From NCBI GenBank assembly GCA_010093815.1, contig ML996569.1: a DNA stretch of 64,000 nt, one strand, 5' to 3'. Shown piece by piece: positions 24,460 to 37,698 of this stretch. The DNA comes from Pseudovirgaria hyperparasitica. Lineage: Eukaryota. Below the pieces are notes generated by a model. It saw only the letters and a program-made list of their open reading frames with translations, was not told where the DNA came from and did not search any database. Position 1 is the first letter of the stretch, and each line of letters opens with the position of its first letter. Both the position numbers and the translations under genes were made by a program.

Positions 24460-25910
24460 ATGTCCGACAGCAGCAAACGCACACACCACGACGGCTCCAG
24501 CACACGCGCCTACACGGCCGAGCAGAAAGCCGCGGTGCTACGCATCAAGCGGTGCGCGCCCACGGCGTTTTACGAAATCCTCGGCCTCGAGGAGGTGCGG
24601 AGTAGCTGTGGGGATGGCGAGATCAAGAAGGCGTATCGGCGGCTGAGTCTGTTGACGCATCCGGATAAGAATGGGTATGGTGGGGCGGATGAGGCGTTTA
24701 AACGTGAGTTTGTGTTTTTGTTTGGGGTGTTACGTTCTTTGTGTTTTTTGGGTGATGAGGGGAGGGGGAGGGAGGAGGTTTGTGGTGGATGATTGGGATA
24801 ATTTCCGATGAGGAGGGTGGAGGGTTGCGTGAGCAACTATGGTGATTGGATTATGATGGTATACATGGGCTTTGTGGATTGATTGACGCTTGCTGGCACT
24901 TTCCATTCACATTCGTCGTCGTCGTCGTTGTCGTTGTCGATATCAAAGTTCCCTTGCGAACCTCCGCTAATCATGCAATATGTCGGCCGTGTAGTCGTCT
25001 CCCGCGCCTTCCAGGTCCTCTCCGACCCAGACAAGAAAGCAAAGTACGACAAGTTTGGCGGCGACCCAGATAACCGCTTCGCCGGCGCCTCATCGTCCTC
25101 CTCGGGCGCCTCGGCGTCACCGTTCAGTGGCTTCGCGCGCTCAAGTCATGGCGGTGCGGGCAGGGCTCCCATGTTCGAGGAGGAAATCTCCCCCGAGGAG
25201 ATGTTCAGACAGTTCTTCGGTGGTGGCATGGGCGGTGGTGGTTTCGGTGGTCCCTTTGGTGGTGAGTCCGCTCCTCTCCTCTCCTCTCCTCCATCCCCCC
25301 TAATACCACACTCTCTCTCCCCCACAACACCAACCACCCCTGACATCCCAATCCCGCAGGCTTCGACAACGGCCCCGGCTTCGTCTTCAACCTCGGCGGC
25401 GGCGGCCCAGGCATCCGCATCCACCAATTCGGCGGCGGCGCACCCCGCCGCCGCCCGCAACGCAACCCCGACGGCACACCAGCCCCGCAACCCTCCCCCA
25501 TCTCCGCCCTCTCCTCCCTCCTCCCCCTCCTCATCCTCTTCGTCCTCCCCCTCCTCTCCTCCCTCTTCTCCGGCGCCACCACCCCTCAAGGCCCCTCCAT
25601 CCGCTTCGCCGAACGCGCCCCCTGGACCATGGCCCGCACCTCGGAGCGCCTCAGCATCCCCTACTGGGTCAACCCCGTCGAGGTCGAGGACATGAGCAAG
25701 AAGAAGTGGCGCGCCCTCGACGAGGCGGCCGAGTTGCGCCACATCGAGATTCTGACGCAGGAGTGCGTGGCCGAGGAGCAGCGTGTCGAGCGCATGGTGC
25801 AGGATGCGCAGGGCTGGTTTTTTGTCGACGAGGAGAAGATGGCGCTGGCGCGTGCGTATCGTAAGGTTAGCTGTGAGCGGCGGAGGGCGTTGTTGGGGAA
25901 GTTGAGGTGA
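24460..25910 (+). CDS. HLJ1: ER-membrane DnaJ co-chaperone (Hlj1/DNAJB12-like); introns 24704-24994 and 25262-25359
   Basis: J-domain FYEILGL...IKKAYRRLSLLTHPDKN, AFQVLSDPDKKAKYD, EISPEEMFRQFFGG, a G/F-rich region, one TM helix and a DUF1977-like tail (CVAE...SC). Confidence 0.92.
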
Positions 25911-26288
25911 ATTTTTGCGTTTGTTTTGGTTTTGTGTCTTGTGTGTGTTTTTTTGGTTCCGGGGAGAGAGAAAACGACTGCATCGTGTAATTTTGTAACA
26001 TGGCATTTTTTTCTTCTTTCTCTTTCTCTTTCTCTTTCTAGGGCAGGCGAGCGGCGAGGTATGACATTAAGTCCCGGCCCAAAGGCATAACGGAGTTCTC
26101 CCTTTCTTCCGTCTTTCATCTTTTTTGTCTTTTTCTCGATGCTTGCTTTTCCCCGCGCGTGGGGACAGAACTCCCCCCCCCGCGCACGTGGGAGAAACCG
26201 AACAGAACCCCCGATCCCTCTCCTTTTTGACGCAAAAACAAAAAGGACTACGTCGCGTTGGGTGGGGGATAGATAGAAAGGGAGATTG

Positions 26289-26289
26289 G

Positions 26290-26320
<31 letters not shown>
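26289..26320. repeat. (GTGC)8 microsatellite, with GGGCT, GGAT and GGCAT repeats nearby up to about 26530
   Basis: Read directly from the sequence. Confidence 0.9.
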
Positions 26321-26882
26321 TTTTTGGCATGGTGGTAGGGTGTTTTATAGATAGACTGTTTTCTTGTGTGCTGTTGTTGTTGTCGTTGTCGTCGTTGCGA
26401 CTTGGAGCGTGTTCTATTGGTTTGGGCTGGGCTGGGCTGAGCTGGGCTGCTATAAGCAATGGATGGATGGATTGGTGGATGGATGGATGGACGAATGAAT
26501 GCATGGACTGAAGCATGGCATGGCATGGGATAATGCGCGCAATGGGTAAAATTGTATCTGATATATATCCAGCTGCGATACATATACTAGCCCGCCCTCC
26601 AAACCAACCAACCAAAAAACCGTATTCTAAACTATCCACGTCCTTTTTATGGTTTCGAGTCTGGGTCTATTTTCACACTTTTTACCTTCTACTTTTACTT
26701 CTACTTCTCCCAATTTCTACGGCTACGGCTACTGATACAACTACTACACAGCGAGTGGCACGACAATGACGCTGCTGTGTTGTGTTGTGTCTGCTTGACT
26801 CACAGCACCGCCCAAGCCGTGACTTTTCTTTTCTTTACCCCATGCTGTATACGTACTGCAGCTAGCCCCCAGATCCAAGTCC

Positions 26883-29800
26883 CTACGACGTATCCATCGC
26901 ATCGTCCGTCGTACCACCACCACCACCCTGCACCGGATCCAGCCTCTTCTGCCGCTTCTCCGCCTTCCACGCCTCGATCCTCGCCTTCAGCGCCGCATCC
27001 GGCACAACATCCTCGATCCGCAACGGCGCACGATTAAACGGATCCGTCGGATCGCTCAACAACTGACTGCGAATCGTACTCATATCAACAACCTGCTTGC
27101 TCGTCGGCAAGAGAACCGGCTCCTCCATGAGCGTGGCAAGCAGCGGATCGAGAAAGTCGTCTGGGGCATCGCCAAAGTCCTCCTCCGCAACGTCGTCGAG
27201 CTCCTTGGCCGTGCGGATGGTGGCGATGAGGGCTTCCCAGAGGGCGATTTGCTCGGGGGATTTGAGCGCGAGGCGCTGCATGATGGTGGTTGCTTTTGCA
27301 AAGTTTTCGGGCTTGTAGGAGCGGCCGTCGCGGGCGACGGCGGTGTGGAAGCGCGGTTGGTCCATCAGGTTCATGTACACGGATACGATCTCGTCGAGCA
27401 TCGTTTTGGCGTCCCAGCCGTATTCTTGTGGGTTTTCGACGCGGAGGTTGGAGGACTTGGGCCCCGTGAGGGCGTCGAGGTTGTAGTCGAGCATGTCGGC
27501 TAGCCGCTGGACGATCTCTGGGGTGGTGAAGGACTCGGCAAGTACTTCGGTGAAGAGCTTGAGCATGGAGACAGTTTCATTCGTGAGGCTCATGTAGGAC
27601 TTTGCCCGGCCTTTGGCCGTTGCTAGGGCTTCTTCTTTCTCTTGTCGGGCGGCTTCGTCGAGGGGTGAGTTCTTGGCTCTGAGCTCTTCCGAAAGGTCGT
27701 GAATCTGGGTGAATGAGGTGAAGGACTCGTCTAGGACGAATGTGACGTCGTTGAGCAGAAGGTTGACGAATCGTACAAAGAAATCATGATTAACCCTGGT
27801 TTTACTGTTAGCTCAAGCGTCGACACATCATCAGGGGTACAAACTTTGCCTCCGTCCTTAGGTTTTCATGGTAGATCGAATTGCCCCAGATACACTTGAT
27901 AATCTGAAAGATCTCGTAGCGTATATTGAACTTGTCGAAGAACTGTGTGTGGGTTCCTGTACGTTCGGCTTCGATATAGAACTTCATCAAAGCATGGAGG
28001 AGGTGCTCAGTGGCAAACGGGTCAGCAAACAAAAGGTCTCCAAGTACACCCTTTGAGCGCCCGTACACGGGATGAACACCGTGGTAAAGAATGGTCACAA
28101 GCCCAGACTTTACGTACGGGTTCTTGATATACTCTGTTGTTCGAAGGAACGCTATGCAAAACACAACGAGCTCTTTACATTGTGTTTGCGTGATGATCTG
28201 AGGCATATTCCGCGTGATGAACTTGAAATTGTCCACAATGTCCTCCAAGAAGTATTCCGGAAGGCATTTGAAGACCATTGGCTGTTCTTCTGGCATTGGA
28301 AGCGGCAGTGGTTGTTTCGGGTAATCCAGACCAGGGACCGCTAATCTTAACATCCATGCAATGACATATCTCATGAACTGCATGGATCGTGATTGCGTCA
28401 ACTCATCGAGCAAGACGCCCTGGATGGCATGGACTGTTGCCTTACTCCTCTCCAGCTCATCTTTGAACTTCTTGACATGATTCTCAAAAAGCCTTAGCTG
28501 TTGTGGGTTGGACGCAAACTTATGCCGTTCCAGTTCCAGCTTCTCGACCTGTTTCTCCAACCACTTGATGTCTTTCTGCATAGTCGATAGCTTCGACCCT
28601 GCGGCCTCTGTGCCGTAGTGATGGGCTGCCACCGTCAGAAAGAACACTTCCGAGATAAAGTTGTTCATCCCCGATGCCTTCTCTGTGTAGAATTCGTCAG
28701 AAGCGTTCTGGTCTGCGTTGATCTTCGTTTCCTCCCGAATATCAACACGCGGACTACGTCGTAGATAATCCACATCGATACGCTCGATTTTTCCAAACTG
28801 AGCATCCATGAATGGTTCGCACAGTCGGTCGCAAATCACCGTGACGTTGACCATAAACCCATCAGATGACACGGTCTTGCGGTCAACTTGAATAGCTCGT
28901 CTTTTGTGATTGGCATTGACTGTGAGAGCTAGCCAGTCCAGCATGCGGTCTCTCGAGCCTTTGGTTTTGACAAAGGCATTCGTTATCTCAAAAATCTCGT
29001 CCTGATGAGTCTGTAACGTCAGCCTCAGCGCTCTCTGAGAATTTGCAATCATAGCCCGATCCTGCGGTGCAGAGCCAGAGAAGTAATTTAGCGCAACCTC
29101 TCCTTGCATAGGTGACAGAGCGAAGAATGGACCCAAAAGTGTGTCATGTTCTATGCGCTGGGCGGCGACGTTCAGGGGCAGGAATCTCGGTGACTCTGAA
29201 AGTGCAACTGCTAGCGGCTGGTATCTGCAGAAATTCCGTAACGCAAGCACATAAGGCTTATAATTCCCATTCATGCTCATGCCCGAAAGCTCTCGACTCA
29301 GCTGCTCCATGGCACCGACCAGTGCCTGTTTTATGTCTTCGCCGTCTTCACCATTCATCCGCCCAACTGCTTCGTTCAGGAAGTCGTGGCATATCCCACG
29401 GTCGTTCTCGGGGTCCACGAGCAGATGCTGGGCAAGTGGGTTCAGTTGACGTGGCTCCCGCTGAAACATTTCAGGTATCGTGATTGCAAAAATGCAGTAG
29501 CTCATGCAGATACGCCTCGCCTCTTCATATATATTGTACCGCTCGTTGCGTTCCCCGCTCCTCATACTACGGAACTGCCTCGACACTCTCTTCCATGAGG
29601 CCAGGAGGTAGTCTAGCGGATCCCCCGAAAAGCCAGTCCCTGCCTCAAGTACTGCCTGTTCCAATACATTATTACTTGTCGTCAACCTCACTTCTTGTGA
29701 ATTGCTTTCTAGCTCTTCCTTTAGATTTGGTAGGAAGAACAAAGCGTTCCCGTGTATGTCAGTCGTCCGGCTATCGTCCAAAGTCACTCTGAAAATCCCC

Positions 29801-30217
29801 GAAAGCTGCTTCTCTTCCCACGCTGCCAGTGACTCGGGTTGCAATTGGCGTGCCTTCGGTCGATTCTCAGACTCTCCATCTCTCTTCTGTGGCGTTATGC
29901 TAATCTTGGTTGCTGGTCTGTTTTCAGCTTTCATGCCAAGCTGCACGAAAGGGTTCGACGCTTCGGAGGGAGCTTGGGCATTATCGGTGAGAGGTTGCGC
30001 TCGATTCGGCACTTCTGTTGGAGGCGGTGGAGAGGGTGCATTCGGCGACTGTGACTTCTCGGAGTTGCTTGCGGCGGGAGGACTCGACGATGGCTGTCCG
30101 CCGCCGCCACCTAACCTTGCGAGACGTCTAGCTCGTATCTGCGGATCATGTTAGGCACAAGAGCAGTAGCTGATCGCTGCTGAAGCTTACTTTATCTTGA
30201 TCAGCCCGAGAATCCAT
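26883..30217 (-). CDS. UFD2: Ubiquitin conjugation factor E4 (U-box); introns 30139-30190 and about 27796-27844
   Basis: MDSRADQDK|IRARRLARL, SSDGFMVN, FISEVFFLT, TQFFDKFNIRYEI, FVRFVNLLLND and the U-box FLDPLLATLMEEPV...DPFNRAPL. Confidence 0.96.
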
Positions 30218-31449
30218 AGCGATAGAGATGAGACTGGAATCAGGACGCCCGGTCTTGAAGCGAATGAAGGTATATTGACGATGCTGAAATCCGACAAGTT
30301 TAATGTAAAGGTCCGTGGCGTTGAGCTGTGTATCCGGGGGAGTGGTATTTGACTTCGTGCGCCTATGATGCAGTGTCACAGCGATGAGGTATTACAACAC
30401 AACACCTAGGCAGCTCCGCCGACCACTGGGACCCTTGTTACGCTTTATCGCTAATCTAGCCCGCGCTTTGCGACGCGGGGCACAGCCAAGTTCAGCGCGT
30501 CTAGGTGCCTGTACGAATGGCAAACAGTGCAAATGCCACACAGACTGTGTACTGTGCCTTACTTTACTTTAGCTACATTGTTACTACTACACACCAGTCA
30601 CGCTTCTTTGTTTGCATCATAGTCTAAATGATTATGCGTGTGTGTAAGATTTACAGTGGGCCTCATTCCGTCTCCTGTCTGTCATCAACATGCATTGTTA
30701 CGAAACCTTCTGAACTACAATCAATATAAGTAACGAGAGACCGATGTTTCACCTTTGCTACTACTAGACCGGCACCAGACTGTTATACTATGTGAAGTGC
30801 GAATGTATATAGAAACCAGATGGTGCATCTAGCGATTACAAGCAGTTTGTCATAGAAACATTTATGTGCGAAGAGAAGTCATTTCAAAATCCATGAACAG
30901 GGCGTCAACGGGCAGCGTACAAGCGATCGGACTTGGTTCCAAATGAACGAAACATGTGACAAGAGCAGAGCGGAAATAGTCTCGAGTTGCATGGAAAAGA
31001 TGCTCTCAGAATCGATTAGAAGTTCCTCTTACGCTGCCCAAATCAAAGTAACACTTGAGAAACAATTCCCATCACCGCTGAGCATTACAATTGGGGATCA
31101 GTTCTCTCGAAAGAACGAAAGTGCCTCTGCCCTGGCATCCGCGGTAGCTCAAAGTGAAAGAATATTGCCCGCAATACCACCCCAGGACATTGTCAAGAAA
31201 GAAGCCTTTGCAATAAACGCCTAGCATGTTGCCGTCAAATGGAAGCTCTTAAGCAGAGACTGGTAGTGGTGGTTGTTTGAAATCGTTCGCCCTCGCCAGG
31301 CTCCCCACCAAGAGATCCACTATCCACATGCAATGCTCAGCCGGTTTGCTGGCAGAGCTTGTCGACAGCCACGAAACGAGTCATCTAGATTGGTACATGC
31401 CGGATTCCAAGAGGCGTAGCAGTCGCAGGATATGAAGCCCATGACATGC

Positions 31450-32376
31450 TTACAAAATCAGGCACTTCTTCTCCTTCTTCTTCCTGGTGAGAAGTGCAGC
31501 CCGAGTGGCGTGTTCAAACACTTCCCTGACACCTTCGTTGGTCTTTGCTGAACACTCGAGATATTTCTGGGCGGTGATTTTCTTGCGGACATCCTCTGCC
31601 TGTGCAAATTGTTAGGTCAAGTTTGAACATGTTGTTTTGCTGACATGGGGATGACGAACCTGTTCGGGAGTGACGGGCTTTTGCGAAGTCTTGTGAAGCT
31701 CCTCAATGGTCTTTTGGTCGTATCGCAAATCCTTCTTACATCCAACAAGGATGATGGGCAGTCCTTGGCAGAAGTGAAGGACTTCAGAGATCCACTAACG
31801 AAAAGAGCAATTAGCAAACAAGGTACCGCACGTGAGCAGGTCTGTCAAGGTTTACCTTCTCTTGGACGTTGTCGAGAGAATCCGGGGAGTCAACAGCGAA
31901 GCAGATAAGGATCACATGTGAGTCTGGGTACGATAGAGGCCGGAGACGGTCGTAATCCTCCTGGCCAGCGGTATCCCACAAGGCTAATTCAACGTGCTTG
32001 CCGTCCACCTCGACGTCGGCGACATAATTCTCAAAAACAGTTGGGACATAGACCTGTAGTTCAGGGTATATCAGCATTCCATTCGATAGATGTAGAGTGT
32101 AACGGATTGATGCGATAGATGAAGATTTTGGCAGATCGGGGTTGACGAGGGCTCTACGAGGGCGTGAAGCAATGGACTAACCTCAGGGAAGGTACCCTTG
32201 GAAAAGACGCTGCACAAGAGGCGATATTAGCATTGGATCAGTCTATAATCTGTAATCGCAAAGAGGCGTGTAGAAGTAGATTAGGCGGTAAAAAGTGACG
32301 AGACTTACATGAGGAGACAAGTCTTTCCGCAGGCACCGTCCCCGACGATGACGAGCTTACGACGGATTTCCGCCAT
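31450..32376 (-). CDS. RHO1: Rho GTPase Rho1, 5 exons
   Basis: [65 protein letters not shown], and polybasic plus CAAX end [11 protein letters not shown]. Confidence 0.98.
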
Positions 32377-34107
32377 TATGTATTGATGCAAGTGGTAATA
32401 CGGGTTCGAAGATGGGTTGTCTGATTGAGAAGGGTAAGTTATCAGCGTCGATGCAGTGGAGAGAAAGGAGAGATGTTGAGGTTGATGGTCGTGGGTGCGG
32501 AGGACGGAGCAGCTAGGCAAAGATGCACTGACCAAGGGCGCTGGCGCTGGCGGTCTCTGGGACTTGCTGCGGCTGTGTTTGCGACGACTGGACAGGCTTA
32601 GCGCGTGGCTGGAGTCCTTACGGCAGGGAACAGTGACGTGGATGGGATAGCTGATTTATGAGTTTGGGAATACTAACTGCAGAGAGTTGAGCAAAAGCGA
32701 AGAGGTCGTCGTCGAGGGAAGACGATGCTCAGTGAGAAGACGGCCGAGACACGGTGGATGTGGTGGATGTGAGTGAGACAACATGCAGGCAGGCTATCAG
32801 GCAGCATCCATCCGTCCATCAGTCCATGGATAGGCGTTGCTCAAAGCGGCATGTGGTTCGCCCTGTTTGTAACACGACCCTGCCGCTCTGTTGATGCTCT
32901 CCCATCCATCTTTCACTTGTGCTCGAAGCTACCTGTTGTTGCTGTTGTTGTTGTTGCTGTTATTCTTCTTCTTCCCAACGTGAGCCGAGCAGAATTCTTC
33001 ATTATTGCATGTCCCTGTGTGACTTGGTCGCGCGAACCACGTTTTCTGTCCCATCTACTACAGTACAGGTTGCTCTATAAATTCTACCGACACCACGCTA
33101 CACTACAGCCCACTGGATCTGTATAGAGTTCTTGTGCTCGATTGATATTACATACATCATTCCTATATCATTTGCAGAGAGCATCTTGCCATATCATACG
33201 CTTCTCCACTCCAGCCTCAAGCAAGAACCCTGCCCCGGACGGTCCCTTAAGCTCTTACCAACTTATCAGCCGCGCAATCAAGCACTTGGCATCCTTGAAC
33301 CGGGGCAGAGGTCCATGCCTCACACATCGTGATCTGAGTCTTGAGACTGATTGCCTGAGGGAGCAGTTCCTGCGAAACACGGGCTGGGCGTTGGGTGTAA
33401 TACTGCTTAGTCTTCCGAGGAAATGTTCACCTACGCTTGCTATTCAAGACGAGTGGCACCTTGCGGCCTCATCATAATCGGCATCCACTGCACTTTCGGC
33501 TATCTAGAGCAATGTGCGTCGGTCTGTGGGCGCCTCGAGCACTAATTATTCGAGAGCTCGCCGCACGGGCTTAGTAGTCAAGAATCGTTCTTGGAAAGGA
33601 TCCCTCCCCACCTATGCATGCGTCTATCTCGAACCGCACAATCCTGTGGTTTCGCGATATCTTCACTATCAAGAATGCAGCCACAAATCTATCAGGACTA
33701 ATCCTTTTTGCCCATCAAGACACGCCAAGTCCGGCCTGTGAGACAGCAGCTGCATAACGCTCAAATGGCTGTCGTACCGTAAACCATCTTGTCCAGACGC
33801 TCCACAGCACGCTTGCGAGCGTGTACGTCGAGCGTCAGACGATTTCACTCCCTACGCTCTACGGTTCGCGATTCAGTATAAAGTGAAGTGTTGAGAAATT
33901 ATTACGTTGTCGTTGGAATTGACAATGTATCTCATTCACGTTTCGTGATACTGTCGCTGTTCAGCAGTCGATCTACGATCTCGTCTAGCAACGCCATGCT
34001 TTATGCAAAAACGCCGGTCCATGCCCCAATAGCACGATAGTATATACATGTTCATATCCATACACTTTATATATGCATTCCCATATAATAAATGACTCAT
34101 GGCTTGT

Positions 34108-35595
34108 TTACATCGCAGCGATCAAGCCACCCATAGCGACGCCCAACGCAAGCATGCCGCTTCCAGACCTAGCCTTGTTCGATGGTGCAGCCCCCTGAGA
34201 TGCAGATGACGCTGTGTTCTGTTGATCATTGCCAGAAGTAAGTGTGTCCGTATCAGAAGAAGTCGGTGCAGTAGAGGGCAACGTGGGCGAGGCTCCGGTT
34301 GCAGTAGGGCTAGGATCCGGGCTGCCATTCGTCTCAACGTCCGCATCACCTTTCACGCCAAATCCAACCTTTGACTCGCTCCAGTCGAAGACGGTATACA
34401 CATTCTTCAAGAAGACGTCTCCAAGAAGCCATTGATTCTCCCCGAAAGTTCGGCGTGGGATTATTTGACTATTGCAAGCGCCGTTGCCATTATCACGGCC
34501 GACATAATCAAGTGAAGAGACATTGTACGTCTTACCACCAAATGTGAATTGGATTGCTGCGGTGGAATCGCACGGAACCGTGTAGGCATCAGCGATCGAT
34601 TTGGAGCCGGGTATCAGATTGTGGATCTTCGAAGCATCACCCGGAGGTATGAGTAGGAATGATGTTCCGGTATCTAGGATTGCAGAGCGACCCTGCAAGC
34701 CGGACGATTGCCCATTCACTCCAGCATCATCGATTGGTATCTCCCAAAATCCATTCGCGTTGTCGATGATGTCGATGTAATGCAGGTCACCGTCGTAACG
34801 AGTGGGATTTGGTGCACCGAGATTGAGCTCACCGTCAATCGGCGGAGTGGCATGTCGGCCAAGGTGCACGCCTATGACTTTAGCATCAATAAGCCGCTCA
34901 TGGATAAGGGCTTCCATGAGAGAGGGTGCGTTGGTTCCATGAGGGTCTGAGTCGATTCGGCCTAGTCCAAGAATGCCATCGAGGGGAAAGCTGGCAAAGT
35001 CTTCGGATATACCTGTCGCAAGACCAAATTTGAGGTCTACAGACAATCCAGCAAAGTGTACTGTATCAGAGGCGACCGTACAATTGACGTTACCAGTGCC
35101 GTAAGCGACACTAAACTGGGCATCTGTAGTCTGTAGAGTAGACGACGAATCCTTTCCAAGCGTATTATGGAATCCACAAACGTCACTTTTACAATCTGAA
35201 CTCATGACCCAAGTATTCGAAGCGGCTGTATCAAGCAACATATGGTATTCCGTTTGACTGGTACCAAATTGCATGCTTGCCATGTATGTGTAGTCCGTTC
35301 CATCTTGATCAATTCCCACGCTGTTCGTCTGGGTAGGTCTGGGTGCAGATGTTATGTCGTACGCGCTGTCTCTTAAGCGCAAGGGGCGTCGGGCGACACG
35401 ATGACGACGGAGGGGTAAATTGATTGCTCGCTCCGGAGTGCTAATTGAAGAAGCGGGAATGCTACGAGAGCCTTTCGCTGGTCGCCTCTGGGTGGCAAAG
35501 TCTCCCCAGGCTTTGGGAGTGTAGAGGTAGAAGGCTGTGGCTTGCGGTAGGAGGAGTAGGAGGCATGCGTATGCCAGGAGGAAAGTGTCCTGCAT
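34108..35595 (-). CDS. Secreted, probably GPI-anchored A1 aspartic protease (CtsD-like)
   Basis: Signal peptide, IDQDGTDYTY, catalytic LLDTA and ILDTG, WLLGDVFLKNVYTVFD, Ser/Thr stalk and a hydrophobic C-terminus. Confidence 0.93.
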   Translation of the reverse strand: MQDTFLLAYACLLLLLPQATAFYLYTPKAWGDFATQRRPAKGSRSIPASSISTPERAINLPLRRHRVARRPLRLRDSAYDITSAPRPTQTNSVGIDQDGTDYTYMASMQFGTSQTEYHMLLDTAASNTWVMSSDCKSDVCGFHNTLGKDSSSTLQTTDAQFSVAYGTGNVNCTVASDTVHFAGLSVDLKFGLATGISEDFASFPLDGILGLGRIDSDPHGTNAPSLMEALIHERLIDAKVIGVHLGRHATPPIDGELNLGAPNPTRYDGDLHYIDIIDNANGFWEIPIDDAGVNGQSSGLQGRSAILDTGTSFLLIPPGDASKIHNLIPGSKSIADAYTVPCDSTAAIQFTFGGKTYNVSSLDYVGRDNGNGACNSQIIPRRTFGENQWLLGDVFLKNVYTVFDWSESKVGFGVKGDADVETNGSPDPSPTATGASPTLPSTAPTSSDTDTLTSGNDQQNTASSASQGAAPSNKARSGSGMLALGVAMGGLIAAM

Positions 35596-37698
35596 TACGA
35601 CTGAGGTGCAGCCTGGTGTGGTAGGACGTCAAGCACAAGCCTGTAGCTCGAGAGGATGAGCTACCTGCTGAAGACTAGGACTTCATGAGCCTCCAGCGGT
35701 CGAGTCAAAGAGTTGAAACGAGCGGAGAGGAAATGGACAAGGGCGGAAGAACAAGGCGAAACAAACGACGACAAACGACCCACGACGTGATGGGTGTGCG
35801 AGTGCAGAGTTGTAGAAGGCTTCAAGAAGTCCATGGCGGCGCTGGTAGATAAGATAACCTTCTGAGTTTGAGGGCGTCCGGCACAGCGATTCACTACTGG
35901 CAGAGGAACGATGCTGTTCGCAAAGGCAGGTGTTATGGAACGGGCTTAGTGGGATATTGACACGATCACCCCTGTCCAATCAGCATGCTCGGCAGGCGCT
36001 TCTAACATGACAAGCGCAGGAGATGAAACAGATGGAAGCCGAGCATTTCCACATAATACATGGCATATGTGTTACTTTCTTCTATACCGATACTGTCTAA
36101 GTGATGTAGTACACATCTCTGGGGTCTGTAGCGTGTGACCTTTCTTGGCATTGAAGGGGTCGAGGCGGATACATTTGTTGCCTCACTTGTATAGATGCGT
36201 AGAGCACGCAATACACCGTAGCTGCGTCTTTGGACGGAAGACAAGTTACGTTGTAGGCAGAGTGGGACATAGCAGTGGCAAAAAGCTTCGCTGACCAAGA
36301 ACTGTCCAAAGTCTATTGGAAGGTACCTATAACTAAGGTTGTCACTGTCAAACCGGTTAAGTCGCACGAGATCCCTTAAAGCCAGGAAGTGATCGCATAT
36401 GGCACTTGAGCACTTATGAGTCCTAAGAATGTCAGTCGCAAAGTGCGTTATTCCTAGATACAAGTCTCGACACGAGGAGCTCAAGACCGCGGGCCTGCGG
36501 GGTTGGAAACTTGGACGCGCTGGAGCTCTTACTTTCCCTAGCTTCGCCTAGCGTTAGAATGCTATAGTGTCTGGATGGTGTTGTAGATCTATCATCTCTC
36601 CGAGCCCTACTAGTAGCCTAGTCTAGCCCCAGCCCCAGCCCCAGCGAACGGGTCAATGCAGGTGACAGCAGTAACGTACATTGTACTGGCATGGACACTG
36701 CAACAACACTGCACACGTTACGCCCTTGAGCGACGAACAATTTGCCACCCTTTCGAACACCTTACGATACAGATCGGGCCTCACAGACTGGTCCCTCGGA
36801 CCCTGTCAAAATTGACGTCTTGGAGGTGCCCTAATCCTGGTCCTGGTCAAATCATGGCATGGCATGACATAGATCTGGATGATATAGAGCCAGTCATAGG
36901 GCAGAGCACACCTCCTAATTGTCCAGCCTCTAGTTCGGCATGATGAATCTCTATGGGCCACTATCATCGGAGCAGAATGAAGTGCGGGGGAATTTAGCTC
37001 CAAGCCCTCAAGTCCAGGTCTGTATATCACGCGTCACATCGGAGAAACACGTACAGCCCAGAGCTCTGGAGACAATAATTGCACACTCCCAAGATGTAAT
37101 AAAATTGTGGCTAGAATGGAGACACCGCCAGTTCGAAGGAAAGAGTTGAGATGAGATATTATTGGGGGGGAGCTTGGGCCATCGGTATGATGCATGCTTA
37201 ACCGGCGCTCGGATTGGGGAAAGCGGATCTCAACAATTGCTTCGTAACGTGCCGGTGAACAGATGAGAGAATACCTTATAGCATTGATGAAATTCCGTTT
37301 CTGCCGATGTCTGACCACCAGGGCACATCCTGGCATTAATTGTTATTCATCATTCATTATTCGCTGTCGTGTGCACCAAACTCGGTGCCTCGAACAACGC
37401 CTGTCCCTGCCTCTTCCAGCTCCCCGAATCTACGCTGGGCCACCCCAAGCTCCGCTCCAATTGCACCGTCATGCATGCATGCTCCGAAGCTTAAACATTT
37501 CCCCCCTCTTGTGCCTGTTACTCTATTAGTTTGTTGAATAATACTTATATTCCTGCTCCCACCGCCCTTCAGCTTACGCTTCCCTCTTCTACCTTTCTTC
37601 TATCTGCTTCTACTTGCGCTCTCATCTTCACGAATCATCGCCTTCATACATACTCCATTCTATACATAGATAGCCACTTCTACACCTCCATTAACACC

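Noticed and set aside
24704..24994. Possible box C/D snoRNA in the long HLJ1 intron (GTGATGA near 24752)
   Set aside because: No downstream CTGA D box or terminal stem; the sequence is G/T low-complexity.
25146..26119. Long antisense ORFs over HLJ1, and similar ones over the kinase, DUF3984 and GH3 genes
   Set aside because: Shadow ORFs caused by GC-rich codon usage; no independent motifs.
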